NCBI GenBank assembly: GCA_951406725.2
Contig: OX597824.1
Location: forward strand, 49,972,001 to 50,036,000
From: Octopus vulgaris
Lineage: Eukaryota
DNA: 64,000 bases
Direction: 5' to 3'
This document shows positions 12,305 through 25,053 of this stretch, piece after piece. The position numbers and the translations under genes were made by a program. How positions within the stretch are numbered: the stretch's first letter is position 1; each line of letters begins with the position of its first letter. The notes below the pieces were generated by a model, which saw only the letters and a program-made list of their open reading frames with translations, had not been told where the DNA came from and searched no databases.

Positions 12305-13783
12305 ATAAAATGGTAAGATAACAAAAGGAAGAAAGTGACCTCAATATTATGTAAATAGAGGAAATTTATCTATACAATAATATGTTACATTACTCGGTAG
12401 TCAAGATAAAACTCTGAGTTTCAGATGCCGAAGTGGAAATCCACAACACCATCTCTTCGGTTATCTGGCTATTTGAAAACGCTATGAAACAATACCGTTA
12501 AGTAAAGGGAAATTACTGTGTTATAACTCTGCTTGCCTGCGTACTTATACATCGCTCGCACTTTTCGTCATAAAAATTATATAAAAATACATTAAAAATA
12601 TATAAAAATATATAAAAATATATAAATTCTTCTTGGGACATAACATAGAAAGTATGTTCTATCTGTTTTCTTTAGGGGACCAAAAATGTAACAGAAATTT
12701 AGTCACATGTGGGCATGATCCGAAAAGCTCTGTCCTTGTATTTAGACATGTAGTAGGGTCTAAGCTGCTTTTCCAGATAAGCCATCTCTCCATGTCGCAT
12801 AGACCGCACCTTCCGCTGCCGTTGGTATAGGGTTTACATCTGGCCAAAATCTTCCATTGTATGTTATAATCGACACCTTTATCTCTTAAAGACCAAATAT
12901 GATTAGATAATTGTGTCGCTTTTCTTTTGTTCCAGTGCCTAAAGCTCAAAGTGTGGTTATTGAACCTGGCCTTGAAATTACCCTCTGTAAGGCCCACGTA
13001 TTTCTTCGTCAAAACGGTGTCTTTAGTGGTTATAGAGTTTACGGTAGCTTCATATATGATGGTCTTGGACATGCAAGCTCCATTTAGCGGGCACAATTCT
13101 TTATTCCTGCATGAACAGCTGTTTTCTTGTTGTGTTTTTTGTATGTTATGTTTGATTATGTTTTTAAAATTGGTAGTTGAACTAAAACTAATTTTTGTCT
13201 ATTGAAGAGTTTCCTATAAGTATGGTTAACTGGAAAATGTTTATCTATCAGTGCTAGGAAATATTTACCTATATTGAAGGCCACCTTCCTATTTCTATTA
13301 TTCCTTTTCCTTACTGTTGGGCTAGTGATAGGTGTATATTTTATTTTTTCGCTAAAACCACTATCTTTTAAAGCCTTATTATAAACTGGGGCAACGCTAT
13401 TGAAGATGTCCTCATCAGAGGAGAGGCTAGAAATCCTCTTACTAATATTTTTAACTAAATTTTTGAATACTATAGGGGGATGGCATGAACCTACATTAAT
13501 ATAACTTAGTCTATCATTGGGCTTCCTATAAGGCTTATAAATATTCTTATTAAGATCTAAGGAAACGTCTAAGAAATTGACAACCGTCAGGTTAGCATCT
13601 ATAGTTATACTAAGTCCGAAGTATTTCATTAACTGGATAATATCCTTCCTAAAACGATCTTGTGCTGGTCCATTTGTATTAGCTGTAAGGCGAGGGCATC
13701 ATCTTTGTAGATGGCGAAATGTACGTTAGGGAATGTCTTACCTAAGGTATCTAGGAGAAGAAGTCCAATTAGGTCATAGTTGT
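12301..13783 (-). mobile_element. 5'-truncated Penelope-like retroelement (RT motif C to GIY-YIG, plus pLTR), Naiad-like linker
   Basis: Minus strand: FAIYKDDAL, VNFLDVSLDL, YRKPNDRLSYINVGSCHPP, CSCRNKELCPLNGAC, IIYEATV...YVGLTEGNFKARFNNH, CGLCDME, LNTRTELFGSCPH; frameshifts near 13680 and 13180; pLTR 12301-12658 ends at (TA)n. Confidence 0.93.
12404..12466 (-). ncRNA. Hammerhead motif in pLTR (CCGAAGA core variant)
   Basis: agataa-CCGAAGA-gatg...catc t-GAAA-ctc a gag-TT-ttatct; the relative at 31582-31642 has canonical CTGAAGA. Confidence 0.65.
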
Positions 13784-14186
13784 TTCAACGTTTACATTAT
13801 CCTAAAATACAAAATCATCACAGATTGGCAGAATCGTTCGATCGTCGGACAAATTTCTCTGAGCTATTTTTTCCGGCATTTAAGGTTCAAATCCAGCCGA
13901 ATTCAACTTCGCCTTTCATTCCTTCCGCGATCGATAAAATTAAGCGCCGATCATCTGTCTACTAAACATCGCACGGCTTTAAATTGCAGGTCTTGAGCCT
14001 CAATCAGAAACCATTATTATAAAATTGTAAGTTGTTCAAGCCAGAATCGGAGAAGTAACAAATGTGATGTTTTGTTACGCCCCTCGCGTAAGTTTGAAGC
14101 CGTCAGAGTAAACATTTCCGTTCCTCCCTATGATGCTGGTGAAGGCTTTGGCCTAGTGGTTAGGCTGTTGTACTCATAATCGCATA

Positions 14187-14345
14187 GTCGTGGTTTCGTT
14201 TTCCGGACCTGGTGGTACGTTGTCTTCTTAAGACACTTCCTTTTACGTTGCTCCAGCTCATTTAGCTGTAAATGATTAACGCTGTAACAGATTGGTGTCC
14301 CGGAATGATGTGATCTTGGGTAACCAGTCATATGACCCCGTAGGA
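14187..14345 (+). mobile_element. Diverged SINE family C copy
   Basis: Preceded by tggcctagtggttagg; gtggtttcg..., agacacttccttttacgttgctccag, homologous to 33866-34120. Confidence 0.65.
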
Positions 14346-16136
14346 CTTGAGGCAGTAATGTCTAGGGGACTTTACTTTTGTGGAGTTGATAAAATAAACA
14401 ACACTTATTTGAAAAGTTTGTATTTGAAAATGTGTGCACTTGTGTTAATAACATCTTTAATTTGAAAGATTACAGCTGAGTATCGACGCAATGCCTTCTA
14501 CTGTTTACATAGGTTCCTTTATATTATGAGTTCAAATCTCTTAGGATATATTTGACGGTGGCTAGGTGTCGTCTCATCCATCAGGAGCATAATGGTTGTA
14601 TTTGATCAAAATAAGTACCAGTTAACTATTGGTGATGATTTAATCGATTGTTCCATTCAGCCAATATTTGTGGCCTTGTAATAGTGAACGAAATCAATAT
14701 TATCTTAAAAAAACTATCCAATATTTACACCATTTGAAGGATTCAGTTCACCCTTTGTAAAAATATGCGCGCCAGAGCATTATTGCGCACACAAATAATT
14801 GGAAATTAGAAGGAAAATAAACTATGTACACTAATTATAAACTAATAATATGATAACCGAGTGAGTAGGAAAAGCAAACAGCAAGGTGGCAGAATCGACA
14901 GAGCATCGGACAAAGCGATTTGTCGTATTTACTCCAGTTTCTTGCGTTCTGAGTTCAAACTCAATCAATGACATTATAATTTGATCATCGTTTGCTCGGT
15001 AAATGTATATTAACTTTAGCGCAGTAAACTCTTGGAATCGTCAATGCGTCGGATGGAATGTTTTGTGATATTTGTTCTAGCTTTTTGCAGTTTAGGTTCA
15101 AATCCTACATTGGTGGTAGACTTAGCCAGTTCATTGGTATAAGACCAAAAGTTGACCCATTTGTACCTATAGTAAATCCACTCTATTGCATGCATTGGAG
15201 TTCAGAACTCTTGTATGAGGAGACATTTCACCTTCAAAGACCACTTTTGGCCGTAAAAGATAATTGTACAATCTCCCCTTCCTGGCTTAGCGATAAAAAA
15301 TAGAGTGGTCGGTAGTTAATCCTAAATCGCAGATAGCAGCATCGGTATGTTAAAGAATAAAAAAACAAAATTTGTGTGTTGAAATTCTGTCGATGGAACC
15401 AAGGTGTTTATCAATACCCAGTCATTTAATCCATCGTTGCAATCAGTGATAGCATTGCTTAATTGGCGAGCGTTGTGAATATTATTCGAATTATTGGGAA
15501 AAGGTATCTGTGATAGATGTGGGGTTTTATCTAAGGAAAACCTTAGGTGATATTTTTTGTCGCCACGGAATTTTGAGATGAGCTACGAAGATATAGCAAT
15601 TCTAATGTACGGTTGCAGTGTCATCAGTACAAAGAAGGATTTTACGCCACAGTCTGTTGGTAAACTTCTATTAAAAGAGAACATATTATTAATGTTTTTG
15701 ATCTATAATGATTACATTGACATGTTTCAATGAATACCAACGTTAACACTCATCTTCTCTTCCAGCCAACCCCTTCGCGACAAACAAATAAACTCTAACA
15801 TACAGTTATGGAAATGAAGTTAGTAACGTCACAGTTACGTACGTATACAAATACACATATACACAAGTTTATACGCGCTGGCGCATCCATGTACGCACAT
15901 AAGCACACGTTTAAACGCACACATATATCTTGATATGTGCATATATAAATACGTATAGAGATATGTAGGGATTCGTGTGTGGATGTATGTTTGCATGTCT
16001 GTCAGTCTGTCTGTCTGTCTTTATGCATTTATGTATGTACTGAAGCAGCGCACCGACTCCTCCCTCGTGAATGAAAACAAATCTCATTACCGTATCGTGG
16101 AACACAGTTGGAGATGGAGGCAACTTAGCTGTAAAC

Positions 16137-16139
<3 letters not shown>

Positions 16140-16189
<50 letters not shown>

Positions 16190-16218
16190 GCATATATGTG
16201 TGTGTATGTATGTATGCA

Positions 16219-16314
<96 letters not shown>

Positions 16315-16411
16315 CATATATATATATATATACGTATATATATGTATATATATATAGATATATATATATACACGAATATATATAAGCATATGCATACATA
16401 TATGTATATCC

Positions 16412-16446
<35 letters not shown>

Positions 16447-16451
16447 ATATA

Positions 16452-16500
<49 letters not shown>

Positions 16501-16588
16501 ACACACACATATATATATATATTTATATATGTATATAAATATATATATATACACACACACAAACATATATATAAACATGCATACAACA

Positions 16589-16623
<35 letters not shown>

Positions 16624-16640
16624 GTGTGTGTGTGTGTGTA
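16140..16640. repeat. (CA)n/(TA)n compound microsatellite
   Basis: Tandem dinucleotides. Confidence 0.96.
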
Positions 16641-17134
16641 TGTGCAACGAAATGTTTAAAAGCAATAAAGCAATTACATACAAAACATGTAATTAAAAAA
16701 ATACGTACCCACACACATACACACACATTCGCGCGCGTGCGATAACGCACACACACACGCACACACACATACACACACAAAGATACTAGTGCGTGCGCGC
16801 ACATCGTAATCTAACATTATAACATTAGTGTATTACATAATTGACTAAAAGTGTGTTTTAACCAAAGATAGTATCGCATTTAAAATTGTTTGGTTAGCTA
16901 TTATCAAACAGTTCATGATGATGATAATGCTGATGGTAATGATAAAGCAGCAGCTGCTGCTGGTGATGATGATTATGATGATACGAGGCTTTCGGATACC
17001 AATATTATTCCATTAACGCGTATTTTTTAAATTTCTTTTATATTTTTATTTTATTGAATTTTTCAAAAATATTTTTCAGTTTCACTTAAAATAATACTAA
17101 TACTACAACTGATATTATTAATGGTAATAGCAAT

Positions 17135-17135
17135 A

Positions 17136-17227
<92 letters not shown>

Positions 17228-17267
17228 GTTATTGTTATTATTAATATCATCATCATCATCATCATCA

Positions 17268-17341
<74 letters not shown>

Positions 17342-17372
17342 GTTATTGTTATTATTAATATCATCATCATCA

Positions 17373-17433
<61 letters not shown>

Positions 17434-17489
17434 CATTATTATTATTGTTATTGTTATTATTAATATCATCATCATCATCATCATTATCA

Positions 17490-17556
<67 letters not shown>

Positions 17557-17785
17557 CATTATTATTATTATTATAATTATTATTATTATTACTATTATTA
17601 TTATTATTGTCATCATCATCCTCAATTTTATCCTCCTCCACATCATCATCATCGTCATCATCATCATCATCATCATCATAGTCGTCTTATTCATCCACGT
17701 CATAGTCTCCATCATCAACAACCTCTTCCTCCTCATCGTCATTACCCTCATCATCATCATCATCATCATCACCATCGTCATCATT
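17135..17785. repeat. (ATT)n/(ATC)n array with higher-order repetition
   Basis: The variant cassette gttattgttattattaatatcatcatcat recurs three times (~17228, ~17342, ~17447). Confidence 0.92.
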
Positions 17786-17925
17786 TTTGTTATGATGTTT
17801 TATTTTTTTGTCTTCAATAGACATTTTTACGTCATTTTTTTTTAACTGTTCCTACTACATTTTATTTTTCAAATGTTTTATGAAGGATCGATTGAAGCAA
17901 CTTTTCTGTAGAGTTTGAAATACAA

Positions 17926-17959
<34 letters not shown>

Positions 17960-18100
17960 TAATAATAATAATGTCTCTTGAGGTCTCTTAGTGAGACTTG
18001 GAGCTAACTTGTACAAATGTAGAGCAAAAGTCGAACATAAAATAATAATAATAATAATAACAACAACAACAACAACAGCAACAATAATAATAACAATAAC

Positions 18101-18152
<52 letters not shown>

Positions 18153-18155
<3 letters not shown>

Positions 18156-18630
18156 CCCTGATGCATTACCAGACAGTGGCTCTCATGGCTTCTCATCTTA
18201 ACTGATTGGAAGTGTTATCATGTACATTGTTTTGTCTTGGTATAAAAGATGGACTACAGCAAATATTCTGCTCAATACCACAAATTTGCTTGTCAGTTGT
18301 TTGACCTTAACCAGTTGAGCATTATCACTAGCAGAAGTAGTGAGGGAGCATCATAGCCGTGTGTTAAAAGGAATTCTTAGAGGTTTGGATAATTCACTTT
18401 GGTGTTTCGTTCAACATCCTTAAACAACCCTTCTCGACCAGAAGAAAATTCTAACTGGGCCCCACGTGCAAGATCATGCACTGTTTATCTTGATATGAAA
18501 TCACCACGTCGCGCACATATGGTTGTAATGCATGTGCTTGGTGTACCCTTATCAGACGGGTAGTCATGATGGGTATACTGGGCTTCGTATATTTGACTCC
18601 AGTGTCACTTTGACGGCATGCACTGCTCTC
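18153..18630 (-). mobile_element. Non-coding retroposon 3' portion with (ATT)n tail
   Basis: On the minus strand ends ...gcatcagggc(att)n; internal segment recurs at 25860-26030. Confidence 0.65.
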
Positions 18631-18658
18631 TCTCTCTCTCTCTCTCTCAATAATAATA

Positions 18659-18777
<119 letters not shown>

Positions 18778-19049
18778 TTCTTTCATTAGTAACAGGGACA
18801 CTAATTTTATGTGCCCATGTGATGCCCTCCTTATTTGAGGAGGGCATCACATGGACGGACAACAATCTGTGTCGGGATTTATATAAACGATGGAGAGAAA
18901 GAAATGGAAAAGTAAGTGAAATACATAATATACAAAGTATGTGATAACCTGAATGATGCAGTCGTCATGATACAAGAGAAACTCCAACAAGGGCCAATCA
19001 AGGAACCCATCATATCCCGGATTATCCTGACCACCAAAGGTAAGTGCCC

Positions 19050-20100
19050 TCTCTCTCGCTTCTCATTTTACAGGCACATACTTAGATTTTTGCCAGTCAT
19101 CCATCTTTTTACTAATTCATTGGGAGGTAGCACTTCCCTCACCACCCTCGCTTTCCTTTGCACGAGGAACTGAAAAACGTTGATGAAAGTGTGATCGAAG
19201 AGGAAAGTGTCTTTCCCCAATCGTTTCAGCCTCATCCACAACACGACATCATTCACCATAACCACTAGGCAGAAGAACACCGTCTGCCCGACCTTGTTAA
19301 AAGTGGACGGTGGAGCGAACATCAGGATGGATTCAGTCGATAGTCAGATTCATCCAACACAGGATAATAGCTGTTCGACATAACTCCACAAGTCAGCAAT
19401 ATTCAACATGCAGAACGGTTTCGTCGCTCTGTGCACGTCTCGGACAGTCTCGCCTGACTGCACTTCCATGCCTGTAGAGTTTATCTCGAACTAGCAACGC
19501 TCCTCGGTACCACTGTCAGGCTAGGGATTTCTGGAAGCTATTCATAGTAGTACTGGGCCCCAAAGTCCTCCAAAATAGACAAGCTAGTTCATCTTTGTCA
19601 ACGATAGAGTTTCCCCGAGAACGTCATTGTTTTTACCCATCACTAGATTTCTAAATAATGCTACTTTAAAACTTCTACCGATCATATTGCCCGATTGCTA
19701 GAGGCCAGCGAGAGCCTGACGATATTCTAGATGCCATACGTCTAATCCCGACCATTTCTTGACCCAGGACTGCAGCTCTGTCAAAGAGATAAGTTGCGGA
19801 AAAGTGTGCTTTACAAACGAGGACCACACCAGGAAAATCTGTAAGTGGTGTAACCGCAGCGCATGTCTGCACATTAGCAAGCATGACATGCCAGGCCTAC
19901 CATTCAGAGGATGGTGGTAACAGATGACTGCACCTTCTTTTCTACCCCAACCTTCCTATTCAAATGATATCTGAAGAAATTGATGAGAGCTTGGCCACGT
20001 AGAAAAGAGCCGATCTTCAAACCTTTCAGACGGATCCATCAAACAGCGTCTTTTACCACAACCTTTAAGCAGACAAAGCTCTGTCTCCCTTCTCTATCAA
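19050..20100 (-). pseudogene. Decayed Tx1/L1-clade LINE, post-RT and C-terminal region
   Basis: ICYHHPLNGRPGMSCLLMCRHALRLHHL...FPQLISLTELQSWVKK...WHLEYRQAL; ETV...LWSYVEQLLS; RKARVVREVL...RW. Confidence 0.75.
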
Positions 20101-20329
20101 GGGAAGTTGGTTAATCGATCTTTAGTATACGCTCGGCAGTTAGCTGGATTCATCTTACACAAAGCAGCAGCTGCTCAACACAAACTCACAAGTTGTTGAT
20201 ATACAGATACTGAACGATTGCGTGCAGGACGGTATCGTTCCCTTGCATGCGCATCGGTCAGGTTCGGCCATTGGCGCATTCATGCCTGAACAGGCAATGC
20301 TTCACTGTAGCACTGTAGCACTGTCATGC

Positions 20330-21250
20330 CTGGGGCTTTGGAAATTTTTTAAGTCTTAAACCAGAAAGTCCTCCAGTAGAATCCACTCAGACTGGTCTTC
20401 TCGATACCCAGAGTCAATCCGAGGCCATTGTCGACTCATGCCCTCCACTAATCTCTCTATATAAGTCTTCAGTTGTTTTCTTGCTAACGGTTTTGCCCAG
20501 CGGCTAAATGCAGTGAGCGCCTGGTAAAATTCTAGATGCCAAACGTCACATTAGTTCACCTTTATTTTTGTCGTCGTTGTTGATATCATCGCAACAGTTT
20601 TGATATTTATGCAGGTGCATCAACTTCAGTGCATGCCCATCACGGAGTGGCTGTTGACAGCAGATGGATTTCCTGACCAGCAGAACTTTGTCCTTTAATT
20701 AGAATCAAAAGAGCAAGAACTTCAATCTGGTCAGAGTTTTCTTGGAATAAAGTAGGACGGTTATAAACCACCGAGGACGGTAATAAACCACCGAGGCAAT
20801 GTATGCGTTCACACACAATCGTTCAGTATCAGTACATTAGCGACTTGTGAGCTTGTGTTGATCAGCTACTCTCTCGTGTAAGACAAGCCTCAGCTACTTG
20901 GCGAGCACCTCAGATAAAATCTTTAACTAAGTATTGAGCAGGATTATGAGTCTGAAATTTTCAATCACGCACCTTGTTCTGATCCTCCCTCGGCACAGTC
21001 ACTACTCTCCTGCTCACATGATTGGGAATGCCTGCTGCTTATCCATTTCACCGGCACGAACTTCCTTCTCTCCCAACAACCACCACGACTAATTCTACCG
21101 TCACTCCATCGAACCCCCACCAGCACGACAAGTATTGTTTCTCTGCCAGCTAGCAGTAACATTAAGAGCAGCGGTTTTGTCACTGAGCTTCGTGAAAATG
21201 CATTTTGTTTGGTAACGTCACCCTCTTTAATGGATCGTATACGAATTACA
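20330..21250 (-). pseudogene. Second, internally deleted Tx1/L1-clade fragment
   Basis: NAYIASVVYYR, DVWHLEFYQAL (same segment as 19700-19750), and an NFRLIILLN/KILSEVLAK-like RT start near 20900-20965. Confidence 0.65.
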
Positions 21251-21363
21251 GGACAAAGAATCGTCCGAACAGGAACGTAAAATATGTGTCATGGTACCGG
21301 AGGATGCAAAGGGGAAGAAAAGCCAGTTTATAGTCTAGAGGTATTCCTGTCGGAAAAGAAAAC

Positions 21364-21513
<150 letters not shown>

Positions 21514-21699
21514 TACATGGACATTGTAAGCTCTAGTTCAGTGTCAATGTTTATTTTTGTCTTTTAGCTATCTACCAAAAATTATATCAATATCAGAAAT
21601 ACACCCTGCTCGATCTAACCAACCATAATTTGCCCTTCACAAGCAAATTCGCCTTGTGTCTTGCAAAAAGCAATAATGCTTTACTTTACTTTCGGTTAG

Positions 21700-21956
21700 T
21701 TTAAATCATCTGGAGTGCATGTGACCCAATGGGGGCGGAGCATATAAGATGTTGTTAAAATTTATCTGTAATAAATTGGTTATACTTCTATAATACACAA
21801 AATATTTCAACATTATTCTAAACACAATTCCTAATGATATTTAATAATAAAAATGTAACAGGACTTTCTAAACATTGAATGTCTTTGGGGGTCCTTCTGA
21901 GTAAAATGGGAATAAAAGGGGTCCAGAGGAAAAATAAAATGGTTGAAAACCACTTG
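21700..21956. mobile_element. End of hAT-like non-autonomous DNA element
   Basis: Terminus ggggtcc...aaaatggttgaaaaccac resembles the CAGTGGTT(C/T)TCAACC-type hAT TIR; other end not found. Confidence 0.45.
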
Positions 21957-22943
21957 TTTAAATGGTTGTCATTAATCGTTGTCAAATGTTATAGACAGGT
22001 TGGACAGAAGATTGACAGTTAGTTACAAGACTGTTGGAATTATGTGAGCCTTAGTCGACACTGATCGAGTTAACCACTTTTTCATTTTGGAACTTTATTA
22101 GTTAGCTTCATTTTTGGTTAGTAAACTTAATTAAACGTAATCCAACGTCTTAATTAGCACCATCACATGACCCCTGGAGGCATTTAGAATAGTTCCCTCT
22201 GTTACAAATATTCAGGCTAGATTTCCGCACTTTCAGTAGCACTGAGAAGATTCATGGCTGTTGCCCTTCTTCCAGTACGATAACAATTTGAGAGACAAGT
22301 ATCCTCTATTTCTAGCAGTCTAACGATCTCAGAAATTGTTTCATTGGTTTGATTTGCAGCAATGTAGCACAAACACGTCAAAATTATTATATCTTTCTGT
22401 TTCTAAAATATTTTTATATATATTTCTGGCATATATTAGATAATTATGGAATTATATTTTACTGATTTTTATGGATTTAAACAGACAAAAAACAATAGAT
22501 ACGTAAAGTAAACACAAGAACCAATTTGATGTATTCTGTTTATTTGCCAACTATGAGACATTCATATGTATTTCGAAGAAAATAACGGCAGTAACAACAT
22601 CAAAATCTGGAACAACAATGGTATATAAACTGACTTTGTGCCAGTCAATAAAAAATATGTGTTTTTTTGTGCACCTCTGTAATCTATGCATATTTTCTTT
22701 CCTAGATTTTTCGAATCAGCCCCATCGCCATATTGTGTTGATGCCGTCAGCAGAACAGTCAACCTTCAGAAATAACAGTGTTTAGAAGACGATAGCCATC
22801 ATTAAACAAAGGCAATTCATTGCATCTATGTAAGTGCATGTGACTGTGTGGGTAATTTGCACGAACGGTAACTAACATATGAATACATACATACATATAT
22901 GTATGCGCACATGCTTACATATACACATCTTTCTCTCTTTACG

Positions 22944-22992
<49 letters not shown>

Positions 22993-23514
22993 ATGTGAAG
23001 TAAAAATACAAAAACTCGAAAGTGTCAATAAACAATGAAAACGAACATTATTATAGAATGTTTGCACACATTATTTATATTATTTAGAAAAATAGTTTCT
23101 CGTAAGTAAAATATGGATATATTTTGAATTAGCACACGCATTATGCAAAACTGTGATACATTCATTGAATTGATACAAAAGTATAAATAGTATTTTATTG
23201 AGCTTCTCAAAGTTAAAATTAATCTCGATTTTTGCAATACTGTAAAACAAATACAGCAGGGTACCCATACACGAACGGTTCTCTAAACTAACAAATTGAA
23301 TAATGAAAGAAGTGTTTTGAAGAAAATTAAATTTGCACAATGTACTGAAATTTAAACAACAAACCACGAGCAGATTACTTACATGGTATGCTAAATAAGC
23401 AAATTGTATAGTGCATAGTTTTTGTGAAGAAAATCATAATCACTCAACTTTCTGAAATTTGAACAACACGAGTAGCTATGCAGGCATATAAGTAGTTGGG
23501 AGAGCGTATAAACG

Positions 23515-23672
23515 GCAACGCGATTTTCCTGGTCGGTGAGCCGGTGGAAGTCTCCGTTTGTAAGACACGCTTTTCCACAGCTCATCCATTTGGCAGTTCT
23601 GCAATCCTGAATCAAGAAAAGACCAAAGTTAGGCGCTTGACATCTAGAATGTCGTCAGGTGTTCCCTCTGTG
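23515..23672 (+). pseudogene. Short Tx1/L1-clade fragment
   Basis: SPFVRHAFPQLIHLAVLQS*IKKRPKLGA*HLECRQV, homologous to 19698-19830 in the opposite orientation. Confidence 0.75.
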
Positions 23673-23872
23673 CATTACATGTAGCTTGCAAATTTTCAAG
23701 AAAATGATATTTCTCATATTTCCATGGGTCGACAGAAGCAAGACAAAGGAGAAAACGTACACACACACACATACACACACAAACACGCACATACAAAATT
23801 CAAACGTTGTTTCAGAAATAGCTTTATAATGTACACATCAATATCACACATTGTATGCGTGTTTTTGAACGT

Positions 23873-24386
23873 GGATATTTTCTGTTTGGTTGCCAGCGGC
23901 TCCAAAAATTAAAGTTCACCGAAAATTTTAAAATTTGGCACAATGATACACTTGCCCAAACCGAATTACTCGAGTTATTTCATGTTTTTCAGAAAAATAT
24001 TTTAAAAATTTTATAGAAGTTTAAAGTCTGATCATTTTCACCCAGTCAAGAAACAGGATTTAGAAGCTGTTAGTTTGTGCTATTTTCAACATCCTGAAAA
24101 TAGCACGTGTTGTCAATATTTGTAAACATCACGTGTTATGTCTCCGGTAACTCTTTACTCTTTACTCTTTTACTCTTTTACTTGTTTCAGTCATTTGACT
24201 GCGGCCATGCTGGAGCACCGCCTTTAATCGAGCAACTCGACCCCGGGACTTATTCTTTTTGTAAGCCCAGTACTTATTCTATCGGTCTCTTTTGCCGAAC
24301 CGCTAAGTAACGGGGACATAAACACACCAGCATCGGTTGTCAAGCAATGCTAGGGGGACAAACACAGACACACAAACAAACACACA

Positions 24387-24460
<74 letters not shown>

Positions 24461-25053
24461 TACGACAGGCTTCTTTCAGTTTCCGTCTACCAAATCCACT
24501 CACAAGGCATTGATCGGCCCGGGGCTATAGCAGAAAACACTTGCCCAAGATGCCACGCAGTGGGACTGAACCCGGAACCATGTGGTTGGTTAGCAAGCTA
24601 CTTACCACACAGCCACTCCTGCGTAATTTTCTTTCATGTAAATAAATGTTTTTGTTAATTTAAAGGAGAAAAGCAGTTTTGAATCTCTGAACGAGATGTT
24701 GGCAAATAAACTTTAATTTAAGAGATTTATCCAAAAAATATTATTTAGCTGTTATTTTTAGCACACTTCCTCGCAGACGTTTCAAAGACTGTTACTATAG
24801 AAACAGGCAAAAGAGTTCTCGTGTTTTCGCTTGTTGCTATCGAAACAGACATGTATGTGTTTGTGGCTTACGATTGGCTGAAATTGCCAAAATGTTCAAA
24901 CTTTAATTATCAATAACTCTTTATTGATTTATAGCGAAAATTACTTTCACGCTACTAATTAGCCTAAGAAAGTATATCATTACACTGAATATGAAATCAA
25001 TTCGAACAGGAAATTGACACTGGCAGCCGCTGGCAATCAAACAGAAAAGTTCC
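23873..25053. mobile_element. Non-autonomous TIR DNA transposon with 8-bp TSD (possibly Merlin-type)
   Basis: TIRs ggatattttctgtttggttgccagcggct (23873-23901) and agccgctggcaatcaaacagaaaagttcc (25025-25053); TSD ttgaacgt at 23865-23872 and 25054-25061. Confidence 0.85.
24151..24621 (-). mobile_element. SINE family A, full length, nested in the TIR element
   Basis: Reverse complement of 9081-9487 with high identity. Confidence 0.9.

Noticed and set aside
12659-13130. Selenocysteine recoding as known for some Naiad elements
   Set aside because: The conserved Cys positions I read are TGT/TGC; no in-frame TGA seen.
22180-22800. Possible exon or transposase remnant
   Set aside because: No recognisable motif in the frames I read.
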